NCBI GenBank assembly: GCA_951406725.2
Contig: OX597825.1
Coordinates: 51,956,001-52,020,000, forward strand
Direction: 5' to 3'
DNA from: Octopus vulgaris
Taxonomy: Eukaryota
DNA length: 64,000 nucleotides
The position numbers and the translations under genes are program-made. The notes beneath the pieces are model-generated. The model made no database searches. It had not been told where the DNA came from and worked only from the letters and a program-made list of their open reading frames with translations. Positions 28,984 through 39,036 of this stretch are shown piece by piece; position 1 is the first letter of the stretch, and the number at the start of each line of letters is the position of its first letter.

Positions 28984-30235
28984 TGTATGTATGTATGTAT
29001 GTATGTACACACACACATACATAACATATGTATAATCGTAAGATGCAAGGATCTAGGTGTAGGAAGTTAGTAAGCTTTGAGCAGTTTGTGGCAGGCATTA
29101 AAAAAAACAACTTTCAGGAATAATAATAGTTTATTGACGTAGACGGTTTTTGGCTTTTCCCATATCAAAGTTCGATAAGCTGAAAAAAATTTGTTTTAGA
29201 GTTCATGGTTAGCAACTAGGATTGCTATGAATGTGAATAAAAATCTAAATTGAGGGAATGGAGCTGGTAAAATCCAGGCTACTTAAGTTTCCTAGCTAGA
29301 AGATCTGCAGAAGTAATAATTACTCAATGAAGGGTACTTCACTAGTTACACATCAGGCCAAAGATACCTTAGTTAAATGAAAGTTACATTGCTGTTAAGG
29401 AATCCCAAGTTAACTCACTGGAGATATAATTTAAAATGAGTGAAGTTGGAAGAACAGAGTAAAAAGAAAAAGAAATAGAAAACATGTATGAAGAAATCAA
29501 ATGGCTGTCAATAGAAAAGAAGGAAGAGGTAAAGAAATACAGGAGTGGACAACTATACTAAAGTTGTTAAGAATAAAGAAAAGGAGATGGAGGAAGAAGT
29601 GGGGATATAGGTTAGATGAATGCTGACTTTAGGGGAAGGTCGTTGTTGATATTAAGCTGAGGTCACTTTCCTATGTCAATGGTAAATAAATATATTGTCA
29701 CACCAATGCATATACATTTATATAAAATAAAAAGAAAAGGAAAGGAAAGAATTTTCAGAAGTGAAATGGTCAAGAATTAGAAGAACTGGAAAAGAAAAGG
29801 TCAAATATTTAAAAGTGGGAGTAAGGTGGATTTGCTTGGAAAGAAGAAGAGGGGAGGTGGAAGAAAGAGAGGCAGATGGGAGATAAAATTTCTAGCCATT
29901 AGGGGAACATAGCAATCAGAGATTGATTGGTGGCTAACTACTTACTAGTAAAACTAAATATTCTCATATCTGTGTGCATGTGTATGTTCACTGTATGTCT
30001 ATAGTACCCCCATAGATGTGCCCATGTGCATATGCACCTACATATTCTCATATGCAGAGATGAAGATATAAGGAGATCATAGGGTTAAGAGAATATAAAG
30101 GTAGCTAAAAAAATTTCTTGTTATAAATACGTAGAAGAACTTAGAGTGCTAGGTGGGAATGCAGGAGAATTTGTTAGAGAATAATTAGGGAGGGCACTGT
30201 TATTTGCAATATCATAACAATGTATTACAAAACTT

Positions 30236-30700
30236 CTATTTGTAACTAAGAATTAGGTCATTCCATTCATTAAGGCAATCACTGTATTGCATCATTGATA
30301 ATACTTCTGTGATGCAGAGATTGCATTTGTTGCTATAACAATTATACAGTTTGGTATGGATAATGGGAAACCATTTTAAATTGTATAGAACTGAGTTTTG
30401 TTTAACATTATGAATGAGCCTAGATAAAGAAGTACTGTTTATTTTTGCTTGAGATTTAAAGCTAGAATAGGGATTACCGATTCTGGCCTTGTAGATGGTG
30501 CTAGATAATCTGATATATACATATTTAGAATCTTCTGTGGATACAATGCATTTACATATCATATTTTTTGTGAGGCATCTATTTTCTGAGAGACAAGAGG
30601 TAGGATGTCTACAACCACATAAGAATCTAGAAGATGGTAAAGTGAATTTTGCGGGGATATAATTACCTGGGGTTAACCTGGTGTTATATGTCTTATCCAC
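30236..30700 (-). mobile_element. Penelope-like element relic, C-terminal GIY-YIG endonuclease region
   Basis: CLTKNMICKCIV...YVYIRLSSTIYKARIGNPYSSFK...STSLSRLIH...YNLKW...KCNLCITE...CLNEWNDL follows the PLE endonuclease C-terminal pattern, with catalytic motifs degraded. The element probably extends over ~29100-31170. Confidence 0.7.
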
Positions 30701-31252
30701 CACTGCTATATATATATAATGTAATGAGCAAAACTAAGAAAAAGACAAAATAATAGGACAACTTTTGACAAAGGTGTTATTTGAATAATAATTGAGAGGA
30801 AGCAAAAGAGTCTTTAACAGTTTTAATGCTAGTCTTTCAACAGAAAAAGACAAGAAGGTGAACAATAGGAAGAAAGGTGGTGGAAATAATGTTTTGGGCT
30901 CAGGTGGTAATGCAAAGCTAGTTAAGAAGAATGGAGGAGGTGGGCTGATATGCTCATGTACAGAAAGGCAACCATGTAGAGAGATGGGAATAGGGGACCG
31001 GCTATGGAAGTGTTGTTGTTTTTTGGGGAAATGTCGAGGTGTAGGAGTACAGCATGAGGGTGTTGAGAGGACAGTGAGCAGATGTTAATGTGATGTAGGT
31101 GAGAGGAAGGGGTAGAGGAGGTGAAAGAGAGGGTAAGAAAACTAATGAATTAAAGAGTATAGTTGGTGACAAATATGTATGTAGGTATGTATGTATGTAT
31201 GTATGTATGTATGTATGTATGTATGTATGTATGTATGTATGCATGTATATGC

Positions 31253-31288
<36 letters not shown>

Positions 31289-31408
31289 ACAATCAAGGAA
31301 CGGCCATAATAGGCCATTCACCCACTAGAAATAACAGCCAAAGCTTCAACCGCAAATAAAAATTAATTCCGTAAACCAGGAGAAAATTTAAAAAACATTT
31401 ACCCTGTA

Positions 31409-31515
31409 ATTTCTTATACGATATACCGTTTCATCTGCTGATTAATGGTAAACTAACCTGATTAAATTAAATCAAGCCAATCTTCCACAGGCCCTCAGAT
31501 TCTTCAGTAAGAAAT
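31409..31515 (-). ncRNA. Type I hammerhead ribozyme motif
   Basis: Reverse complement of the motif (atttctta tacgatataccg tttc atctg ... cagat tcttcag taagaaat). Confidence 0.85.
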
Positions 31516-31899
31516 AGCCCAAGTCGGAACAGATATTTTCACGAGGCATTTCCGACCTTGCCAAGTTTATATCTGACCTAAAATTTTCAAATCGTCGCAC
31601 TCGCGCCAAATTTATCGGCAGCAAATAAATATAAGCCGTCGATTCCATTACGGAATTAACCAGAAAATTCATAATTAATCAATATAGGGTGGCAAAAAAA
31701 TTTTGTAGAATTCTTTTGCCACCAGCGGCCTAGTGGGAAAAAATTAAATAGTCATAGACCATTTTTAAGTTCAACATCAACAATCAAGGAACGGCCATAA
31801 TAGGCCATTCACCCACTAGAAATAACAGCCAAAGCTTCAACCGCAAATAAAAATTAATTCCGTAAACCAGGAGAAAATTTAAAAAACATTTACCCTGTA

Positions 31900-32006
31900 A
31901 TTTCTTATACGATATACCGTTTCATCTGCTGATTAATGGTAAACTAACCTGATTAAATTAAATCAAGCCAATCTTCCACAGGCCCTCAGATTCTTCAGTA
32001 AGAAAT
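31900..32006 (-). ncRNA. Type I hammerhead ribozyme motif
   Basis: Second minus-strand copy, 491 bp from the first. Confidence 0.85.
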
Positions 32007-32392
32007 AGCCCAAGTCGGAACAGATATTTTCACGAGGCATTTCCGACCTTGCCAAGTTTATATCTGACCTAAAATTTTCAAATCGTCGCACTCGCGCCAA
32101 ATTTATCGGCAGCAAATAAATATAAGCCGTCGATTCCATTACGGAATTAACCAGAAAATTCATAATTAATCAATATAGGGTGGCAAAAAAAAATTTGTAG
32201 AATTCTTTTGCCACCAGCGGCCTAGTGGGAAAAAAATTAAATAGTCATAGACCATTTTTAAGTTCAACATCAACAATCAAGGAACGGCCATAATAGGCCA
32301 TTCACCCACTAGAAATAACAGCCAAAGCTTCAACCGCAAATAAAAATTAATTCCGTAAACCAGGAGAAAATTTAAAAAACATTTACCCTGTA

Positions 32393-32499
32393 ATTTCTTA
32401 TACGATATACCGTTTCATCTGCTGATTAATGGTAAACTAACCTGATTAAATTAAATCAAGCCAATCTTCCACAGGCCCTCAGATTCTTCAGTAAGAAAT
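32393..32499 (-). ncRNA. Type I hammerhead ribozyme motif
   Basis: Third minus-strand copy, next to the palindrome centre. Confidence 0.85.
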
Positions 32500-32547
32500 A
32501 GCCCAGGTCGGAAATGCCTCGTGAAAATATCTGTTCCGACTTGGGCT

Positions 32548-32654
32548 ATTTCTTACTGAAGAATCTGAGGGCCTGTGGAAGATTGGCTTGATTTAATTTA
32601 ATCAGGTTAGTTTACTATTAATCAGCAGATGAAACGGTATATCGTATAAGAAAT
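32548..32654 (+). ncRNA. Type I hammerhead ribozyme motif
   Basis: Stem I atttctta (32548-55) / taagaaat (32647-54); core CTGAAGA (32556-62); stem II atctg...cagat (32563-32630); GAAA (32631-34); short palindromic stem III cggtatatcg; GTA triplet with predicted cleavage after A32646. Confidence 0.85.
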
Positions 32655-33037
32655 TACAGGGTAAATGTTTTTAAATTTTCTCCTGGTTTACGGAATTAAT
32701 TTTTATTTGCGGTTGAAGCTTTGGCTGTTATTTCTAGTGGGTGAATGGCCTATTATGGCCGTTCCTTTATTGTTGATGTTGAACTTAAAAATGGTCTATG
32801 ACTATTTAATTTTTTCCCACTAGGCCGCTGGTGGCAAAAGAATTCTACAAAATTTTTTTGCCACCCTATATTGATTAATTATGAATTTTCTGGTTAATTC
32901 CGTAATGGAATCGACGGCTTATATTTATTTGCTGCCGATAAATTTGGCGCGAGTGCGACGATTTGAAAATTTTAGGTCAGATATAAACTTGGCAAGGTCG
33001 GAAATGCCTCGTGAAAATATCTGTTCCGACTTGGGCT

Positions 33038-33144
33038 ATTTCTTACTGAAGAATCTGAGGGCCTGTGGAAGATTGGCTTGATTTAATTTAATCAGGTTAG
33101 TTTACCATTAATCAGCAGATGAAACGGTATATCGTATAAGAAAT
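33038..33144 (+). ncRNA. Type I hammerhead ribozyme motif
   Basis: Same motif 490 nt downstream of the 32548 copy; predicted cleavage after A33136. Confidence 0.85.
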
Positions 33145-34298
33145 TACAGGGTAAATGTTTTTTAAATTTTCTCCTGGTTTACGGAATTAATTTTTATTTG
33201 CGGTTGAAGCTTTGGCTGTTATTTCTAGTGGGTGAATGGCCTATTATGGCCGTTCCTTGATTGTTGATGTTGAACTTAAAAATGGTCTATGACTATTTAA
33301 TTTTTTCCCACTAGGCCGCTGGTGGCAAAAGAATTCTACAAAATTTTTTTTTTGCCACCCTATATTGATTAATTATATATATATATATATATATAGTCGG
33401 AGAGTGTCATATTTCTCCAGATAAACACAACCATCCTCAAGGATAACAATATCTGTTTCAACACACTATTTCACATCAAGAATCTTGCAAAACACATGCA
33501 CACACACACACACACACACACATACACACACACATGTATGTGGCAGGGGGCAGGTAGGTAGGTAGGTAGATAATCAACATTGGTTGTTCATAAAAAATAT
33601 TTAACAATTATTTCTTTACAAAGGAAAGGTTGCTTTCTACATGGTACAATTACGATAAGAATAGTAAAAGCTTGTATATTGAATTTTAAAAATAAGTCTA
33701 GCATATTTTGATAACTCTACTGCCACACTGGATATGTGATGTTATATATTATATGTTGTACTTCTTTAACTGAAATTCCCTGCATTTTAAGATTAACATT
33801 TAGTAACATAAGCAAGTGCTCCAATGATGAAGAAAGAAAATTAATTTGTATGTTGGTGTAGGTGGGTGTGTGAATGTACAAATATCTATGAATGTATGTA
33901 TAATAACATGTTCACACATGTATATATTGGGAATACACTTATGTCTAATGTCTGTTTCAAATATTCTACAGTATGCCAACACACATGCACACACACAGGC
34001 ACATATATGTATATGTCTGTGGTTTTCCTTGCTTACAGTCTGTCCCCTGCACCCCCCCCCCACCACCACCAGCTGTGCATTCCTAACTTTCCAGGCTTGT
34101 GGGTGCAGTGCCACAAAAAAGCACCCGCACAGGTGCCACATAAATACATGAATTCTGGTGCTGTATTAAAGCTTCCAGTATACTCTGTAAAGAAGTTGGT
34201 GTTAAGGATGACAGCCCTTCAGCTTGCCAGCACCTGTCAAATCGTCCAACTCATGCCAGTATAGAAAAGAGACATTAAATGATATATATATATATATC

Positions 34299-34639
34299 AA
34301 AGTAATAAAGTTAATGTCTGGTCAGAGTGACCAATGGTTTTGCATCCATAAAAAGAACGACTCATCAGTCTCTAGCCTGAAGACAAAATTAACTCTTCAC
34401 CTCTGAGAGGCAGAATAACGTTATGGTCATCTGTCAATTGGTTATCAGAGAATAAAATGTCTGGCATTCCCTTAGACCAACTATTTATGGACCTGGAGAG
34501 GGGAATAAGGAATCTATCCCTTGGGCTGCTATTAATTTTGTCTTCAGGCTAGAGTCTGATGAGTTGTCCATGAAACTATAACCTTCATGGATGTGAAACC
34601 ATTGGTCATTTTACAGCCAGACATTAACTTTATTACTTT
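34299..34639. mobile_element. Fold-back element with ~100-bp inverted arms, each carrying a hammerhead motif (PLE pseudo-LTR-like)
   Basis: aaagtaataaagttaatgtctgg...cctgaagacaaaattaa (34299-34393) is an imperfect inverted copy of ttaattttgtcttcagg...ccagacattaactttattacttt (34532-34639). Preceded by (TA)n. Confidence 0.7.
34550..34613 (+). ncRNA. Type I hammerhead ribozyme motif (older, G-U-weakened stem I)
   Basis: tagagt CTGATGA gt-tgtccatgaa-actataacc-ttcatggatg-t GAAA ccattgg TC atttta; GTC triplet, predicted cleavage after C34607. The inverted arm (34323-34374, minus) keeps CTGATGA and ccattggTCactct but has GAAA changed to AAAA. Confidence 0.65.
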
Positions 34640-35119
34640 ACTGCTCTGTACTTTGGAGTGTGCTTCTTTTTCAGATATATATGTTGACAATATATATATA
34701 TATATATATATATACTCTTTCAATTTCAGAATTACAACTATTTAGCGGTTTGAGTTTGGCTGCTCTTTCTAGTGAGTCGAATGCCCTATTATGGCCATTC
34801 CTTATATTGTTGAAGATATATATAAATATATATATATATCCATTCACTGATACAGTTTATAAACAAAAAAAATAAATCTATGGTAATTAAGACCTCAGTT
34901 AACAACTAGTTGTTAAACTATTCCAGCATGTTATTACATTGCAGTAAATCAAAGTGGAAATGGTTTACATGACTATACATAATAGGGTAAAATGATCAAG
35001 ATCAACATATTTAGCATAAATGAAGGAAAATACAGATTTCACATACAGTGCATACTTAAAATGTTTCATTGAGATAAACATAAATTAAATATATGTTGCA
35101 TAATTGTAACAAATAATTC

Positions 35120-35663
35120 TGTTATGTTGCACGTTCCGATGCCTCTACTACTCAACTCTACTCTGTTCTAGTCTTACCACTACTCTCTCAGCTGAGCTCT
35201 TGACATCTAGGCTACTCCCTCTATATCTACGTATTGGGCTAGCCTACTTCATCGTCTGGGGGCGTCCACACAACACCTCTCCCTTTTGAGTTCTTTAAAC
35301 CCGAATTTATCAATTTTTTTTCCTCGGTGAGAAACTGGCTTATCTTTTTCTCTTAGCATTAATTTCCATCATTTCTGTAGGTTTTCTCTTCCTGTTCGAC
35401 CTACGTATCGGTTCTGCCTTTGCTTGTGTTTCTGGGACCTGGAACAAATCATACCATAATCCATTGGGATATTCCCGTGTGAGTTCGAATCTCATTCTCA
35501 TCGCCACTGTTATGTTGCACGTTCAGATGCCTCTACTACTCAACTCTAATCTGTTCTAGTCTTACCGCTACTCTCTCAGCTGAGCTCCTGATGTCTAGGC
35601 TTCTCCCTCTATATCTACGTAATGGGCTAGCGTACTTCATCATCTGGGGGTGTCCACACAACA
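35120..35663 (-). mobile_element. TRIM (miniature non-autonomous LTR retrotransposon), complete
   Basis: Two 156-bp direct repeats TG...CA (35120-35275, 35508-35663; 11 differences by eye). 5-bp TSD AATTC (35115-19 and 35664-68). PPT ctcaaaagggagagg on minus (35276-90). PBS tggcgatgagaatgagattcgaac next to the 35508 LTR. No ORF. Confidence 0.9.
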
Positions 35664-37370
35664 AATTCATTAATATAAAAGCTGTTTTTAACCAAATAAA
35701 CATTGCTGATTATTTGGGTAAAAATGTGTTATATTAATGAGAAATCCAAACATAACATTTCTGATGATTTAAGTGAACACATCTTTTAAATGAATTAATA
35801 TTGAATTAATTTCATTTGAATTGTGTAGTGAAGGCCATGGCCTAGTGGTAAGGATACTACTGTCAGAACAGATCGTAGTTTCAATTCCCAGACCAGCTGT
35901 GCATTGTGGTTTTGTGCAAAATATTTTATGTTGCTCCTCTCTACTCAGCTATAAATGGGTAACCTTGCAAAGGATTGGTGTACAGGGTGGGATGGTGACT
36001 CAGAATGATCACCTGAACAGAGGTATCATGAACCACATTTTGTATTCAGGAGATGGATAGTATGAATCTAAACTAGTTGGAGTTGGTTTTTCAGCCACAT
36101 CGAAAGATGGTGAATAATTATATATAACAATCATGTAATTATGCATTTAATGATGTTTATCTTAATGAAACAGCAGTTGAGCACAAAGCAAGAAGTATAT
36201 GTGGAATTTGTGTGTGTGTGTGTGTGTGTGTTGTGTCCTTTAAATACCTAACATTTCATTTAATATGTTCAAGTTTACTTAATCATAATGCTCAATACAG
36301 TTTGCTTTATTTCTCTCATTTTACAATCTCACCCTTTCAGTATTTACTTATTATACTGGTGTGCATAGCCTCAATACACCAATTTTTAATTCTATGTCTA
36401 TCAAATGCTTACCAATGAATGATCATCGAAAGTTTTCTTCTGTCAACTGCTGGCTAAGAAAAGTTTTTTAACTTTGTGTATCTTTCTATAAATTGATCCC
36501 ACAAACTCATCCCTCATTCTATATATCCACCTTTACCTTTCTTCTAACCTTTATTCCCACCTCTTATTCAAACTGAATATTCTCTGGATTTAACTTTTAA
36601 AGACACAACTGTAATAGAAATTCTTCACTATTTGATATTGATGCTTACAGAGACCAGCTTTAGACAAAGCAATTTAATATTTACATACAGTTATTAATAA
36701 TAACAGTGTTGTTGTATTTATACCTAGTTACAATGTACAATTTGTTCGTGCAGTCTCAGGAGAATATCAAATGGATGATATAAATCCATCTGTTTAATAC
36801 ACATGGGAAATATCATTTATTCTGGAAGTTGACGTTTTATTTATGAAGTAAATTCTTCAACAAAGACAGTGAGAATGTTGAAATATTCTTAGAATACATT
36901 CCTATTGTTATCTGATACTGGAATATTTCTACCATGATGACTTGAAGAATATTACCGTTTCTAAGACGAATAACAATCTCCGACAATACTTGAATGTTTT
37001 TGGTTTTCAAATAAAGCTACAGACAAACTGAAATCAATAGTAAGCAGTCTTGTATTTTTATATCTGCTACAACACCACAGTTCTTTCAATCAGTAACACT
37101 TAAAGAATGGAGATAGTGAAGGCACAAATTTATCTAGTGAGTATAAGTGATCATTTTTATATGGTACTGGACAACAGGCAAAGGGGTATTCAGTTAACTT
37201 ATTGCAGGCCTTGAAGTGGGTGATCTAGAGCAATTTAGACATTTTGAATACAATACAGAGTTATATTATGATAATATTCACTGATATAAGCATGGGAGTC
37301 ATTGTAGAGATCGTTGGTTATTTGAGTAGTAAGAGAATCAAATTCACTTACCTCTCATAATTGTAAAACT

Positions 37371-37780
37371 CTCTTACCTCTTTTACTTGTTTTAGTCATT
37401 TGACTGTGGCCATGCTGGATCACCGCCTTTAGTCGAGCAAATCGACTCCAGGACTTATTCCTTGTAAGCCTATTACTTATTCTAGCGGTCTCTTTTACTG
37501 AACTGCTAAGTTACGGGGCCGTAAACACACCACCATCGGTTGTCAAGCGATATTGGGAGTGGGGGACAAACACAGACACAAACATACACACACAATCACA
37601 TGTATATATATATACATATATACAATGGGCTTCTTTCAGTTTCCATTTACCAAATCCACTCACAAGGCTTTGGTCGGCCTGAAGGTATAGTAGAAGACAC
37701 TTGCCCAAAGTGCCACGCAGTGAAACTGGACCCGGAACCATGTGGTTGGTAAGCAAGCTACTTACCACACAGCCACTCCT
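37371..37780 (-). mobile_element. SINE family A copy
   Basis: Reverse-complement match to 38158-38571. Confidence 0.85.
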
Positions 37781-38157
37781 TCATTGATTTGATTCTTCTA
37801 TTGGTATTCCACACTAGAACACTGGTAGATTAGTTCTCAAAATATTACTTTGACCTAATCCTAATTCATGCCATTGCTCATTTTGTGACATCACATGCCA
37901 CACACCAAACACTTGCCCAATTATTTCTTATCAGAGCAGACAACAACTCTCTGGAGATTCTTCAGCCTTGAACTTTGTCCTGTAAATGTCACAAAAGAGA
38001 ACTGCAATAAATAGAATAAACTGAATACTTAACATAAAATGAAATCTATTCATATTAATCACCTTGCAGCGATTGCCACCTGGTGATAATTGTACCTTAT
38101 CTGGAAACTGAAATAGTTTTTATAATTCAAGAAGTTACATTCTATGAAATTTAATAT

Positions 38158-38571
38158 AGGCATAGGAGTGGCTGTGTGGTAAGTAGCTTGTTTACAAACC
38201 ACATGGTTCCGGGTTCAATCCCACTGTGTGGCACCTTCGGCAAGTGTCTTCTACTATAGGCTCGGGCTGACCAAAACCTTGTGAGTGGATTTGGTAGACA
38301 GAAGCTGAAAGAAGCCCATTGTATATATGTGTATATATATATATATGCATGTGTGTGTATGTTTGTGTGTCCATGTGTGTCCACCCCACCACAATCGATT
38401 GACAACTGATGCTGGTGTGTTTACGTCCCTGTAACTTAGCAGTTTGGCAAAAGAGACCAATAGAATAAGTACTAGGCTTACAAAGAATAAGTCCTGGGGT
38501 CAATTTGCTCGACTAAATGCGGTGATCCAGCATGGCCACAGTCAAATGACTGAAACAAGTAAAAGAGTAAA
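38158..38571 (+). mobile_element. tRNA-derived SINE, family A, full length
   Basis: Head ggagtggctgtgtggtaag..ggttcaatccc (A/B boxes), internal (TA)/(TG) tract, tail gaaacaagtaaaagagtaa; many copies in this window. Confidence 0.85.
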
Positions 38572-39036
38572 TACCTTCATTTTTATTTATGTGACAGTGT
38601 GTAGCTTAGTGGTTTGGGTATTTAGTCCATGATTGTAAGGTTGTGTGTTTGATGTTTGGTGGTGCATTGTGTCCTTGAGCAAGGCACTTTATTTCCCCAT
38701 TGCACCAATCCACTCAGCTGGCAAAACTGAATTGTACCTGTAATTCAAAGGGCCTGCATCGTCACATTCTGTATCATGATGAATCTCCCTGAGAGAGAAC
38801 TACATTAAGGATATGTGTGTCTGTGGAGTACTCAGCCACTTGCACGTTAGTTTCATGAACAAGATGTTCCATTGATCAGGTCAGATAGAGCACTTCTGGT
38901 AACTGATGGTGTGCCAGTATTTATTATTGTTGTTCAATATATGCTGCTGGCCACTCCTCAGTGCCCTCTTTGCTAATTCTCAATTTCATTTGCTTAATTT
39001 TCCCTCCTCCATAAACATGCTTATTCGTTTTTGTTT

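Larger units (their letters stand above)
31285..33376. mobile_element. Retrozyme-like tandem plus inverted array of a ~491-bp hammerhead-containing unit
   Basis: Unit starts (atcaacaatcaaggaacggcc) at 31285, 31776 and 32269 (periods 491 and 493). From ~32505 the same unit continues as its reverse complement to 33376. (TA)n tracts on both sides. Copies differ mainly in homopolymer length, plus a couple of substitutions. Confidence 0.85.

Noticed and set aside
32881-33081. 66-aa ORF repeated three times (also 31472-31672 and 31963-32163) on the ribozyme strand
   Set aside because: The identity simply reflects the DNA repeat. It has no recognisable domain, overlaps the ribozyme, and its length is expected by chance. 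It cannot be fully excluded without ribosome profiling.
31285-33376. CRISPR array or ordinary satellite interpretation
   Set aside because: No unique spacers, a ~491-bp unit, eukaryotic context and no cas genes. The ribozyme motif and inversion explain the array better.
35457-35506. tRNA gene
   Set aside because: Only the 3' half is present, with encoded CCA, at the PBS position of an LTR element; there is no D arm or 5' acceptor strand.
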